A stretch of 64,000 nucleotides of DNA from a virus (lineage: Duplodnaviria > Caudoviricetes). This document shows positions 21,026 to 32,069 of the stretch, one piece after another (the stretch's first letter is position 1; each line of letters opens with the position of its first letter). The DNA lies in IMG/VR virus record IMGVR_UViG_3300020045_004580, positions 2,883-66,882 of that record; one strand, given 5' to 3'. Position numbers and translations under genes: made by a program. The notes beneath the pieces are model-generated. The model saw nothing but the letters and a program-made list of their open reading frames with translations, ran no database searches and was not told the DNA's origin.

Positions 21026-24000
21026 TTATATGAAATCAATATGTAAATGAGGAACACCATCTACAACGTGTTTAAAAGCATAAGATATTCCTAAATTTTT
21101 AGCCATTTCAGGATTAGCTTGTAAATCAGAAAGAAGTTTTTTAGAGTCATCGTTATATTTAGCGTCTAAAGATTTACCGTAAGTATGTAAACTATCCTTA
21201 GCTGCGCCTTCTAAATTTTTATTTTTATTTTCATCTCTAAACATACTTGTAATTTTTAATTTATAATCTTTTATTATAGACTTAGCAGTAGAAGCAACAG
21301 ATTTATTCATATACGCATATACTCCATTTTCTATTTGATTTGGAAATTCAGAATAAAAAGATACAAGTTCTTTAGGATTAATTCTACTATTAATATTAAC
21401 TTCGTTACCTTTATAATCTTTAATTAAATAAGGTTTAGAAGTTACTCCATAAGTTTTTCTAGTATTAGTAATTGTTCTACTATGTTCAGTAGATCTTATT
21501 TTATCAGGGCTAACTTCATAAGATTCTCCAGTAGTTTTAACTTGTTGATTTTTTAAATTTTTATTATTAGATTGTTTAGCTTGAATATTCATAAAATTTT
21601 GTCCTATTAAAGCACCTATATCTTCAGGACTAGCAAACATTATTTTTCTATATTTTAAACCTCCTTTATCAGCTTCATATACTTCTTTAGGTATAAAAGA
21701 TTGTATACCTGTAGTTCTATTAGTAACCATAATATCTTCATTTTCTTTAGTAAGATAGAAATCGTTATCACCTAAACGTCCTGGATTAGCACTTCTTTTA
21801 ACAGCGTTGATAACTAATTTATGATTATCTGGGGTAGTGTATTTAACGCTACTTCCATCTGCCATAGTATAAAGATTTTTATCATAAAAATCTTTACTGT
21901 ATAAACTATTATCAAAAGCAATTAATCCATAAGCTTTTCTTTCTTGATCTCCACTAGGAAGTCTATTATTAAAAGATTCTTTATATGCACTGTAAACAGT
22001 ATCAACTAATTTTTTATTAAAACTTGAATTTATTCCAGCATAGTTAACAGCTGTAACATTTAAAGTACTTGATAAATCTAAAGCATGAGGGTCTTTTTTT
22101 AATAACGCTTCACGACCTTTAACAGTTAAAGGTAAAGGCATATTGATTTTTTGTCCATATTCTCTATCACTAGTTAGCATTACACTACTTTTTAATTCTT
22201 TGTAATCAATATCATCTAGTGTTAATCCTTTACTTCTTAAATATAAAGGTAAATCTTCCCATTGTCCTGAATCATTTACTACTTTATAATGATTAGCGTC
22301 TGCTTTTAAAGTTGTATCAATAGATACACCTAAACGTAGTAAATCATAAGCAGCTGTACCTTTTTTAACTTGGTCATCTACATATAAATAATCAAGAGTT
22401 TGATTTACATTAATATCTGATAATTTAATAGATTTTTTCATTTTAGTAGCAAGTTCTTTTGCTTTTTTAACAGTAGCAGGAGAAAAATTAGAAGTATCTA
22501 TATCAGGATTTGTAAAAACTTTTGAAACTAAAGTATTAAAATCTTCAACTTTGGGGTATGTTATTATATTATTACGATTAATTTTTTTTGTATCAGAAGA
22601 ATAAGGATTAGAAGAAAAATTAGATGGATTATGACTTTCTAATATTTTTTTTGTTAGTGTAGGTATAGCATTAGTCATTATAGCAGTACCTGAAGAAGCT
22701 AAACTATAATTATTTCCATCTTTTAAAATAAAGTCAGATAACTTACCTTTATGGTTATTAGCATACTCTTTTGTATATATAGGTAAAGAAGTGTCACCAA
22801 TTTTACCTGTTTTTCCATTATCAGTGACATTAATCATATTATTAATATTAACTAAGTAACCTGATTTAGTTAATTCAAGAGCATTACTATCTCTAACATC
22901 TTTACGTATTAAATTATTAGAACTTTCATACTCTTTTTCTACATCTATATCATTATCTTTAGCAACTTGTATTATAGATTTAGTTAAATTAGCTTCAGCT
23001 TGTCTAGTGTATTGTATTTGAGCGTCAGCTTTTTCTAATTTTTCTTTAGATTCTAATATTAAATCTCTTAAATGGGGTTCTTTTGCTTTATCTATAGTAA
23101 CTTCATTAATTAAAGCTTTATATTCATTTTGAGCATTTACATAAGCTTTTTGATTTTTTAATTCATTAGCTTTTAAATTTTCAAATATAACAGGACTTGC
23201 CGTAACAAAAGTAGTAGCAGGTTTAACAATAACAAGAGGATCTCCAGAAGTATCTTCAAAATCAGTAGACGCTCCTGCACTTGCTCTAGCTCTAGCTCTT
23301 GCAGCCTCTTGATATTCAATATCTTCAAAAAATGTTTTATCTTCTTTACTAAATCCATAAATATTAGCCATAGATTGAGCTACAGAATCCATTTGATTAA
23401 ATTTTGAATTTTCTTTTGCTAATGCTTTAAATATAGCAGGATTACCTTGTGTATATTTTAATATATCTTGTTCTGTTACAGGTTCTACTACTTTACCTTT
23501 TTTAATTTTATCAGGAAAAAAAGTAGAAATTGCTATAGGACTCATAGAATTTGCTAAAGAAGAAGGAGTAGGAAGTTCTTTATATAAAGAAAATTCAGCT
23601 TCATCATCTAAATATTCAGCATTAGTAGGGTCTTTAGATAAATAAAATAATGCTGTATCATATAACTCTTTTTCATCTTGAAATTCAGTTTTAGTTATAC
23701 CATACTTACCTGTAACACCTTTATCTATACTTATAGTACCATCTTTATTATGTACGTATCCACCACTACTTTTCATATCTTTTACAATATCAGCAGTTGC
23801 TTTAAATAAATCTCTAGTTTCAACAATTTTAGGAGATTTAGCAGTAGGAACTACATATTTACCATTTTCATCTACTGTTATAGGTTCTAAACTATTAACT
23901 AATTGTTTTCTTTTCCAATCTAATATCTCAGGTCTAACATTTTTTGTTTCTGATATTTGTTTATCTTTAGTAGTAAAATCTAATTGTTGATCTGCAAGTT

Positions 24001-24325
24001 CTTTTCCTCCAAAAACATATTTAGCGTCATGAATTAATTGTTCAGTATCTATAGATTTATCAGCATAATTATCAGGATTAATACTAGATAAAGTTGTATC
24101 TATTTTATTAATCATTTCATCATATATAGGTTTACTAATAGGATTGAAAGGTGTATTCTTCTGAAATTCTTTTGCTAAATTAATATTATTTTTTGTTGTT
24201 AAATAATCATTTTCTCGTGTAGCTAATAAACCTAAAATCTCCTTAGTAGGGGGAGCTACATAAGGAGTTTCAGATTTAGCATAAGATAAAGGATTTAGTC
24301 CTGTTTTGTATCTTTGTTTTGCCAT
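21026..24325 (-). CDS. virion ejection/cargo protein with C-terminal peptidase M15-like domain
   Basis: 1099 aa, next to the vRNAP gene; C-terminus ITSMFRDENKN..EGAAKDSLHTYGKSLD...HLHIDF fits the M15_3 / D-Ala-D-Ala peptidase pattern. Confidence 0.7.
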   Translation of the reverse strand: MAKQRYKTGLNPLSYAKSETPYVAPPTKEILGLLATRENDYLTTKNNINLAKEFQKNTPFNPISKPIYDEMINKIDTTLSSINPDNYADKSIDTEQLIHDAKYVFGGKELADQQLDFTTKDKQISETKNVRPEILDWKRKQLVNSLEPITVDENGKYVVPTAKSPKIVETRDLFKATADIVKDMKSSGGYVHNKDGTISIDKGVTGKYGITKTEFQDEKELYDTALFYLSKDPTNAEYLDDEAEFSLYKELPTPSSLANSMSPIAISTFFPDKIKKGKVVEPVTEQDILKYTQGNPAIFKALAKENSKFNQMDSVAQSMANIYGFSKEDKTFFEDIEYQEAARARARASAGASTDFEDTSGDPLVIVKPATTFVTASPVIFENLKANELKNQKAYVNAQNEYKALINEVTIDKAKEPHLRDLILESKEKLEKADAQIQYTRQAEANLTKSIIQVAKDNDIDVEKEYESSNNLIRKDVRDSNALELTKSGYLVNINNMINVTDNGKTGKIGDTSLPIYTKEYANNHKGKLSDFILKDGNNYSLASSGTAIMTNAIPTLTKKILESHNPSNFSSNPYSSDTKKINRNNIITYPKVEDFNTLVSKVFTNPDIDTSNFSPATVKKAKELATKMKKSIKLSDINVNQTLDYLYVDDQVKKGTAAYDLLRLGVSIDTTLKADANHYKVVNDSGQWEDLPLYLRSKGLTLDDIDYKELKSSVMLTSDREYGQKINMPLPLTVKGREALLKKDPHALDLSSTLNVTAVNYAGINSSFNKKLVDTVYSAYKESFNNRLPSGDQERKAYGLIAFDNSLYSKDFYDKNLYTMADGSSVKYTTPDNHKLVINAVKRSANPGRLGDNDFYLTKENEDIMVTNRTTGIQSFIPKEVYEADKGGLKYRKIMFASPEDIGALIGQNFMNIQAKQSNNKNLKNQQVKTTGESYEVSPDKIRSTEHSRTITNTRKTYGVTSKPYLIKDYKGNEVNINSRINPKELVSFYSEFPNQIENGVYAYMNKSVASTAKSIIKDYKLKITSMFRDENKNKNLEGAAKDSLHTYGKSLDAKYNDDSKKLLSDLQANPEMAKNLGISYAFKHVVDGVPHLHIDFI

Positions 24326-24354
24326 TATATTTAGTATAAATATTATAATTAATA

Positions 24355-25815
24355 TTATTTTCTTAATAATCTTTGTTTTCTTTTATTCATTATATTTTTT
24401 ATAGAAGCTAAATCCCTTTCTTTTTGTCTAGTAGGATCACGTAATAAATCTAAATCTATAATACTTTGCTCTCTTCTATCTGTATTAATATCTCTTTTTA
24501 CAGCTGTATAATCCTCGACAAAATTAGTAAAATTATCAGAAGTGCTATTAGCTCTATCTATTTTATTTTGATAAACATCTTGTTGATATTCATCTTGTAA
24601 ATCCATATTAGCATTAGCAGTATCAGTTAATATTTTATTTTGATTATTTTTTAATTGAATTTCTTGAGCTTCTTTATTTGCTAAAATATTACTAGAAGCT
24701 TCTAAACCTCTTAAATTATTAGCAGTTATATTAGCCCGAGCTACTGCAGAATTATTAGTATTTCCTCTTACTACTTCATTGCCTGATGCAATTGTATTTT
24801 TTATTTCAGCTAAAGCTGGGTTTACATTTACATTTGTATTTAAAATAGGAGAACGACGAGCTAAAGGTTTAGGAGGTTTAGGTGAATTAGTTGTTAAAAT
24901 AGCATTAGTAATATTATCTATTACTAAAGGAGCTAAAGAAGCATAAGACTCTAAACCTTCTTCTTCTTTTTCTGATTTAGTTACATAATCTAAATTAACT
25001 ACATCACCTTTAGCTTTATTACTTTTTATAATATCTGGATAAAAATCATTAAAATTAGTATTTCTATTTCTATTATAAAGATTTAAACCATTAGCTCCTT
25101 TTTCTACTACACCATTTTCAACTTCTATCATTTCTTGTGTATCTCCAACTGTATTTTGTTTTACTAATTCTTGCTCTTTAAAAAGATTATCATTTTTATT
25201 TTGTAATCCTTGTATAGTTCTTTTAATAGCAAAAGTTTCAGAAGGTTTTTTAGAAGATTCTAAATTAGATTCTAATTCTCCTATTTTAGTATTAACTTCT
25301 AAAGCAATATCAGCAAATGTTTTATTTCCTTTTTTAAGTTTATCACTAAAAACCATTTTATTATCTACTACTACTTCTTCATCTTCAATATTAGCAACAG
25401 GTTGACCATCTTTAGATAAAGTAACTCCATAAGAATTATCTATTTTCTTTTCAGAATGTTTATTACCTACTACTACATCAGCGTTATTAGATATAGGAAG
25501 TAAATCTCCACCCGTAGTATCAAACTTGCCCTTAGTAGAGAGGTTATTCGTTTTAGGTATGTTACCTCCTTTAGCATAAACAGGTAAATCATTTATATTA
25601 TTATTTATAAATTGATCATTATAAACATCTTGTTCTATTATTGCATTATTAAGATTATTTTGTTGTAAAATACCTTCTTGTTTTGCTTGTTCTTTTTTTA
25701 ATTTATTTTGCTGTATAATTCCCATAATACCTGATACGGCACTCATTCCTAATCCTATTCCAGCATCTAATCCTAAAGCACCTTTAGGTATTAATTTTTT
25801 ATTTGGTTTTTTCAT
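24355..25815 (-). CDS. virion cargo/ejection protein (crAss-like)
   Basis: Gly/Ala-rich N-terminus, AKGG motif, GNKHSE...NIEDEEVV...VFSDKL segment and coiled-coil C-terminus; sits between muzzle and vRNAP genes as in crAss-like phages. Confidence 0.6.
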   Translation of the reverse strand: MKKPNKKLIPKGALGLDAGIGLGMSAVSGIMGIIQQNKLKKEQAKQEGILQQNNLNNAIIEQDVYNDQFINNNINDLPVYAKGGNIPKTNNLSTKGKFDTTGGDLLPISNNADVVVGNKHSEKKIDNSYGVTLSKDGQPVANIEDEEVVVDNKMVFSDKLKKGNKTFADIALEVNTKIGELESNLESSKKPSETFAIKRTIQGLQNKNDNLFKEQELVKQNTVGDTQEMIEVENGVVEKGANGLNLYNRNRNTNFNDFYPDIIKSNKAKGDVVNLDYVTKSEKEEEGLESYASLAPLVIDNITNAILTTNSPKPPKPLARRSPILNTNVNVNPALAEIKNTIASGNEVVRGNTNNSAVARANITANNLRGLEASSNILANKEAQEIQLKNNQNKILTDTANANMDLQDEYQQDVYQNKIDRANSTSDNFTNFVEDYTAVKRDINTDRREQSIIDLDLLRDPTRQKERDLASIKNIMNKRKQRLLRK

Positions 25816-26008
25816 ATCTATAATTTTTAAATTCTATTACTAATTCTTGATTCAACATTAACATTATGTATATGTGTACGAGTATTTTCAATATTATTCA
25901 TAATTAACCTAATAATTATGAAGTTACTAATAAAATCTGATTTTTCAAACCAAACTCTATTTAAGTGTACTTTTCCTTCATCAAACGAGCCATCTTCTCT
26001 TATGGGCA
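25527..26008. repeat. dispersed motif, convergent pair (25527-25551 plus; 25985-26008 minus)
   Basis: TGCCCTTAGTAGAGAGGTTATTCGT and TGCCCATAAGAGAAGATGGCTCGT. Confidence 0.85.
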
Positions 26009-29000
26009 AGTCATTACTATCAATAACCATATCTCTAAATTCATTAAAGTTCCAAATACCTTCTGAATTTCTAACTAAATTAAACTGTTCAGTATCTAAT
26101 TCAATTCTACCTGAACATTGATAATCAGTATAAAGTAAAATAGCATTAATAGTTTTTTCATATATATTTCTTAAAGTACTATCTTTAACAGTTGTTCTCC
26201 ATAATACTGATTTATACCATTTTGTTAAATCATATCTACTATTAAATAATAAATCAGTATAAGATTCATAAGTATTAGTATCTGTATTATAAAAATATTT
26301 ACCTGTTTTAGTATTTTCTTTATTAGTAATATAAATATCTGACCTATATAAAGAAGAAGGTCCAGATATAGTAGTAGGAGATTTATTAATACCAGCATAA
26401 TTAAATTTATTAGTATTATTATAATACTGAGGGTAATAATCATGTTCACTTACCCATCTTTGCCAATCTATATTAAAAGATAAAGTTTTACTTTTATTTA
26501 TACTTACTGAATCTAATTTTATATCTAAAAGTACATCATTAGAGTCATAAGGTAAACCATTTTTAATTGTAATAGGCATTCCAACTCCTTGAGTAGGGTT
26601 TATTATATAATTATTAAAAGTAATTAGTATTCTATTATTTTTGTCATCTATTCCAATTAAAATACCGTTACCATTATAAGGATTATCTTGTATAGCATTA
26701 GTATTAAAAAGATTAGGTACTATATATTGAAGTAGTAGTTCTAATTTTTCTTTGAAATCATTTTCCATTTTTATTTTAGAAATTTCTTTAGGAGTACTAC
26801 CATTAATTATATAAACTTTACCTCTTTCAGCGTCAATAGTTATAAGTCCATTTTTACTTAATTTTTTTCCAAATTGATGTACAGACCCTATATAACCTTT
26901 ATTATCTTCATCTAAAATAGTTTGAGGTTTATAAGCAAATAAATCAGCTTCTGCAAGATAAGCTGTATTTTCATCATTATTACTAAGTTTTTCTTTTAAT
27001 TGAAAAATAGATAGAGAATACCTTTGTTGACAATACACTCCTTTATCAAATCCTACTAAATAAATAATTTCTCCTTTTATAGAAGGAATATCATAATAAG
27101 CATTAGGCAAAAAAGTTCTTACATTAGTAGTAGCTAAGTTTTCAGATTGAATAGTTAAAGACTTAACTATTCTATATGGAAAACTATTTAGATATTTTTT
27201 TTGAAAATTAAAAGCAACATTAGAAATAAGAGTATTAAGTTGTCTAGTATTTTGCTTATTTGTTATTTGTGTAGAATAATCAAAATTTAATAATTCAGGT
27301 ACATCTGTAATTCTTCCAGATTCGCCATTCATATTATAAGCATAACCTAGTATTTTATCTTTTACAAAATAAATAAGAGTATTATTATCTATAGCCAGTA
27401 AACCACTATAAACTTGTTGAAAATAGTTAATATTATTAACAATAGGTTTATCATCAATAATAGGAGAATTTGGAACATACATAACTGTTTCTATTTCATT
27501 ATATATGTTATTACTAAAAGTATCTCCAAAATCTTTAAATAATCTAACAGGATTATCAAGATTAGTAGTTCCAATAACTACAAAAGAATTAGGTTGTAAA
27601 CCTGAATGTATATTATTTTTTAAATTTAATATAGTACTAGATATATTAGCAAATGGTAAATATTTATTTGAAATAGCAGTAGAAACATAATCTTCACTTA
27701 TTTTATTATAAATACTTAAAGTTAAATCAGTAGTAAAACTACTAATAGGAAAAGTAGGAAAATAATTAATAGGATTCCAGCCAAACGGTATAGTCATACC
27801 AACAGGAAAAAATGTATTACTATTTTTAGCTTTTAATTTTACTTGTTCATGAATAAATAAATTATGCTCTTCTTTAACATTACCAGCAGTTTGTATAATA
27901 GATTGTATAGTAGCATATTTAAATAATAAACTAGGCATAATAAAATTAACACCTTTTAATCCACTTGTTTCTTTATCGTTACTTAGATTTCTATAAGTCT
28001 TTTCATATATGTTGTCTTTATCTCTAGGACCAAAAACTGGTAGATATATATCAGTATCTTGTATAGGTATAATACCATAATTTGCTTTTATAATTTTAGA
28101 ACTACTATTTCCTTTATAAACAGATAAATTAATACTTTTAAGTTTACTAAAACCGTATCTATAATAAGCAAAATTTTTATATATATTAAAATCTCCATAA
28201 GAATTATTAATATAATCCACTTCTTCTTCTTGATCTACTATAAAAGCTGCACCTTCTAATAAAGGTTTAATAAAATTAATATCTTCTACAAGTTTAGAAC
28301 TAGAATCTTTTTTAACAAAAGATAATCTATAACCTACTATATTATCTTTTGCAATTACAGTATTAAAAGCTGTTAAAAAATTATCAACAGATATAGAAAA
28401 AGCAGGTAAACGACTATGATCATCATCTACTGTAGTATCTTGTTTGTTTTTAATATCTTTTCCTATTCTCATAGGGAATTTTTTAGATAAATTATCTAAT
28501 CCAGGAACTCTATGTAATTTAACATTAGTACCTCTTAAATCTCTACCAAAAGGTAGATGAGTTACATTATCATAATCGACTGTTCCATTATAATGTTCAT
28601 TATTAGGATATAATTCATCATTTTGCCAATATCCCCAATTTAATTTAACTTGAGGTAAATCAGTGAAATCAGGAAGACCTACAGAAGGGTTATCCCAATC
28701 TCCTCTATTTATTATTCTAAAACTAGGTATATTTGTTTCTACTAAATCTACTAAACCATAGACATTTTTATCTAATATTGCTAAATCTTCTATTTCAGGA
28801 TCTCTATTAGGTATATGAAATTCTTCACTAAAAGTTCCATTATTAAATGCAAGTGCTATAGTAAAATAATATACTTCATCAGGACAAAGTAAAGGCGCTT
28901 GATGTCTATTATCTTTTCTTTCATCAAAATATAAATTTAATACAAGATTATTAGCATATTTTTGATAATTATTAGATACAGAATTACTAATACCTCCTAA

Positions 29001-29903
29001 TATTACACAATCATTACCAATAGTTAATGATTTTACTTTTTCAAATACAGATGATTCTATAATAATAGAATCTACACTTACACTATTAAGTTCTGCTACA
29101 GAATTAAAAAAGTATTCATAAGTAGAATTAGTAAATGAAATAGGGTCAGTAGTATAACCAAATAAAGCATTATCTCTATAAGCTACTATACCTATAATAA
29201 ATTGATTAAAAAAAGGATCTAAATCTTCTATTTTAAATGTAATTTCTTTTTTATATTCACTTTTAAAAGCATATAAAGGAAAAGCTTCTGAAAGAGTTTG
29301 TATAAATCTAGTAGTAGTAGTACCATCAGGTAATACATAAGCAATAGTAAAAAATAATAAATCTGCATCATGTGTAGCTTTATTTCCATATTTAATAGAA
29401 AACAAAGGGGGAATAATAGTAGAAAATAATAATGTAAAATCAGCATCTCTTTGAGATAAGAATTCTTTATTATTATTTAATTCTACTCCTATATCCATAA
29501 GGTTTATTAATCTAGGTGCTGAACTTTTTTCAAATACACCATCAGAAAACATTATTAATAATTCTTGATTATAATTATACCATCCTATTATTTCAATAGG
29601 TCTACTAGGTTCATAATTAAAATAAATAGTATCTAATACAACTGTTATTACATTAGTGGTAGTGTCTACATAAGAAATAATAGTTCTAGCTGTATTAGTA
29701 TCATAAGTTATATAAACAATATGAGTATTACTAGAATAAGTGCCTATAACAATACCTGGAATTTGATGTGAAAAATCAAACCCATCTTCTTGTGTTATAG
29801 ACCCTAATTTCTTGTTATACCTTATATTTTTATTATAAGGGCTAGTACCTACTTCGGCTTTTTCTCTAGAAGCATCTCTAGATAATCCTAAAAACTGTTC
29901 CAT
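25827..29903 (-). CDS. tail stabilization / muzzle protein (P22 gp10-like)
   Basis: 1358 aa, beta-rich; PDEVYYFTIALAFNNG and IDAERGKVY motifs and synteny with crAss-like tail genes. Confidence 0.7.
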   Translation of the reverse strand: MEQFLGLSRDASREKAEVGTSPYNKNIRYNKKLGSITQEDGFDFSHQIPGIVIGTYSSNTHIVYITYDTNTARTIISYVDTTTNVITVVLDTIYFNYEPSRPIEIIGWYNYNQELLIMFSDGVFEKSSAPRLINLMDIGVELNNNKEFLSQRDADFTLLFSTIIPPLFSIKYGNKATHDADLLFFTIAYVLPDGTTTTRFIQTLSEAFPLYAFKSEYKKEITFKIEDLDPFFNQFIIGIVAYRDNALFGYTTDPISFTNSTYEYFFNSVAELNSVSVDSIIIESSVFEKVKSLTIGNDCVILGGISNSVSNNYQKYANNLVLNLYFDERKDNRHQAPLLCPDEVYYFTIALAFNNGTFSEEFHIPNRDPEIEDLAILDKNVYGLVDLVETNIPSFRIINRGDWDNPSVGLPDFTDLPQVKLNWGYWQNDELYPNNEHYNGTVDYDNVTHLPFGRDLRGTNVKLHRVPGLDNLSKKFPMRIGKDIKNKQDTTVDDDHSRLPAFSISVDNFLTAFNTVIAKDNIVGYRLSFVKKDSSSKLVEDINFIKPLLEGAAFIVDQEEEVDYINNSYGDFNIYKNFAYYRYGFSKLKSINLSVYKGNSSSKIIKANYGIIPIQDTDIYLPVFGPRDKDNIYEKTYRNLSNDKETSGLKGVNFIMPSLLFKYATIQSIIQTAGNVKEEHNLFIHEQVKLKAKNSNTFFPVGMTIPFGWNPINYFPTFPISSFTTDLTLSIYNKISEDYVSTAISNKYLPFANISSTILNLKNNIHSGLQPNSFVVIGTTNLDNPVRLFKDFGDTFSNNIYNEIETVMYVPNSPIIDDKPIVNNINYFQQVYSGLLAIDNNTLIYFVKDKILGYAYNMNGESGRITDVPELLNFDYSTQITNKQNTRQLNTLISNVAFNFQKKYLNSFPYRIVKSLTIQSENLATTNVRTFLPNAYYDIPSIKGEIIYLVGFDKGVYCQQRYSLSIFQLKEKLSNNDENTAYLAEADLFAYKPQTILDEDNKGYIGSVHQFGKKLSKNGLITIDAERGKVYIINGSTPKEISKIKMENDFKEKLELLLQYIVPNLFNTNAIQDNPYNGNGILIGIDDKNNRILITFNNYIINPTQGVGMPITIKNGLPYDSNDVLLDIKLDSVSINKSKTLSFNIDWQRWVSEHDYYPQYYNNTNKFNYAGINKSPTTISGPSSLYRSDIYITNKENTKTGKYFYNTDTNTYESYTDLLFNSRYDLTKWYKSVLWRTTVKDSTLRNIYEKTINAILLYTDYQCSGRIELDTEQFNLVRNSEGIWNFNEFRDMVIDSNDLPIREDGSFDEGKVHLNRVWFEKSDFISNFIIIRLIMNNIENTRTHIHNVNVESRISNRI

Positions 29904-29906
29904 AGT

Positions 29907-30575
29907 TTAATGTATATAATTGTTTCTATGTAAATCTCCTAATAAAGGATTAGTCCACATTTCAGTAAAAGCTTGTAATTCTGCTTCTGTAAACCAAGAA
30001 GCATCATTACCAGCAGCTGGATATTCTTTTTCCCATAATTGTAAAGCAGTTTCCCAACTAACAACAGGATGTATATATCCAGATAAACCCATTCTATATA
30101 TAAAATAATACATTAAAGCTTTAATAACTTTAGGGTTATTAGGTATTAATGTTTTATTATTACAATCAGTTGGAATATCTTTATAAAAAACACGTACATA
30201 ACCTGTATCTTCTTTTATAGATAAAAAACCTCCTCCTATACTGGCATAAATAGAACCTGCACAAGGTATACCATTAGAACCTAAATTATTATTATTTCTA
30301 ATAAGTAATTCATAACTATTATTTATATTAAAAGGTTCTCCTTTTGTTTTATAATAATAAGCGGATACAAACATATCTGTAGTTTTACTAAGATTTGCTT
30401 TACCATTAATAACTGGTAATTCTATATCTTTTATTTGATAAAAACTAGGAATACGCATATCATATATTCCATCTCTAGCCCATACTTCTAAATCTATTAT
30501 GTAAGATAAATTTTTTATACCAAATTCTCTAATAAATCTAGCTTCTAAATGTTCTATTTCTAGTAAACTATTCAT
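29907..30575 (-). CDS. tail ring / tubular protein
   Basis: 222 aa directly upstream of the muzzle gene; GGFL...GYVRVFYKDIP.D...IPNNP pattern of crAss-like ring proteins. Confidence 0.55.
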   Translation of the reverse strand: MNSLLEIEHLEARFIREFGIKNLSYIIDLEVWARDGIYDMRIPSFYQIKDIELPVINGKANLSKTTDMFVSAYYYKTKGEPFNINNSYELLIRNNNNLGSNGIPCAGSIYASIGGGFLSIKEDTGYVRVFYKDIPTDCNNKTLIPNNPKVIKALMYYFIYRMGLSGYIHPVVSWETALQLWEKEYPAAGNDASWFTEAELQAFTEMWTNPLLGDLHRNNYIH

Positions 30576-31341
30576 ATTTTATATATTTAATTAATAAATC
30601 TTCCAATTTATTGTTATCTCTTTTTTCTTTTAAAGCGTCTATTACTCCTAATCCTCTACCAGTTTTAACTAACTTCATATTATAATCTTTAATAGTAGGT
30701 AAAGTTAAGTTAGCATAAGGAGATCTACGCCATTTTATAATAAGATTAAAAGGATCGTGTCTTTCTATCCATTCTTCTCCATTATATTCTTCATTATTAA
30801 AAGCAGCTTTCCTAGCTTCTAATTCTATTCTAGGTATTCCTCCTTTTTCTATTATTTCTTTTTTATTAGCTTTAGATTCTTTCCATTTCATTTTAGGTTT
30901 ACATATAGCATTTTCTCTACATAGTACAAAAAAAGAACCTAAAAGTTTATGCTTAAACACATAAGCTTTTTCAATTAAAGCAGTCCATAATAATCTATTA
31001 AAAGTAGTTAATATAAAAGAAAATTCAACTTGATTAACTAAAATCTTAGATGCTTCTATAGATTTTATTTTATTCTCTTTCATAGTTTTACTAGTAGTAA
31101 TATAATTAGTAATAAAAAGATGTTGACTTGGACTTATTCTTAATGTTTTAATGTTTTCAGGTGTTAAATCTAATATAGAATTATATATAGAATATTCAGG
31201 ATGAAATACTTTAATATCTTTAAATAATTCATTCATTAATTCTTCTTCTATAGAAGAGATAGTACAAGAATTAAGAATAGCTCTACCTTTATCAGATAGA
31301 GCTTCTTTATAAAAACCATACATTGTTATATTATTTATCAT
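30568..31341 (-). CDS. basic HU/IHF-like conserved virion-module protein
   Basis: LGSFFV...KMKWKESKANK...IIKWRR pattern; position matches the IHF-like gene of the crAss-like tail block. Confidence 0.45.
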   Translation of the reverse strand: MINNITMYGFYKEALSDKGRAILNSCTISSIEEELMNELFKDIKVFHPEYSIYNSILDLTPENIKTLRISPSQHLFITNYITTSKTMKENKIKSIEASKILVNQVEFSFILTTFNRLLWTALIEKAYVFKHKLLGSFFVLCRENAICKPKMKWKESKANKKEIIEKGGIPRIELEARKAAFNNEEYNGEEWIERHDPFNLIIKWRRSPYANLTLPTIKDYNMKLVKTGRGLGVIDALKEKRDNNKLEDLLIKYIKYE

Positions 31342-32068
31342 CAGTTTTATCAGGTTTTATATTAACAACTTGACCGTCTTTTGTAAATCCAGGAATAAAT
31401 TCTCCTTTCTTTACCATATTATATATAGAAGCTAATAAATCTCCAGAGATAGGAAATATTCTATCATCTATAAAAGTACTAGGGTCATCACAAATACTAT
31501 AAGCATTTCTAGGATTATCAAAAATACTAGATATAAATAATTCTTTTATATCTAAAGAATTAGTATTATCACAATTTCTTAAATTATTAATTAAATATAT
31601 ATATCCATTTATATATATATAAAAAACAGATTTTTCTCTATTAGGTAATATACTGTCATATTTAAAAGTAGGTAAAGTAGTGTAATGAAAATAAGTACTA
31701 CCTTCAAAAGAACCTATATATCTAAAAGGTTCTCGGTGCATTGTATGATTTCTATATGGAACAGGTACTTTATCTTTAGTTCTTTTTACATTATATTTAG
31801 ATTCAGTAGTAAAATTACTATTTAGAAATGATAAAGCTTCTATAGTTACTCCTGTTCCAAGTTCTTTATATAAATCTACATTTATTAATGGAACTGAAAG
31901 GTTTTGAGAAAATAAAGCCATATCATCAAAATTTCTACCATCACTATCCCTAAGCATCTTAGAACGATAAATGATAAGAGTATCTTTAATACTTTCTCTT
32001 AAAGTCATATTAAATTGATCCCCTAATTGATATGCTATATTTTCTGCTATTGAATTTAATGAATCCAT
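31331..32068 (-). CDS. tail ring protein (crAss-like)
   Basis: N-terminal helical segment (SLNSIAENIAYQL...IYRSKML) and C-terminal IFDNP...FPISGDL; synteny. Confidence 0.5.
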   Translation of the reverse strand: MDSLNSIAENIAYQLGDQFNMTLRESIKDTLIIYRSKMLRDSDGRNFDDMALFSQNLSVPLINVDLYKELGTGVTIEALSFLNSNFTTESKYNVKRTKDKVPVPYRNHTMHREPFRYIGSFEGSTYFHYTTLPTFKYDSILPNREKSVFYIYINGYIYLINNLRNCDNTNSLDIKELFISSIFDNPRNAYSICDDPSTFIDDRIFPISGDLLASIYNMVKKGEFIPGFTKDGQVVNIKPDKTDDK

Positions 32069-32069
32069 T

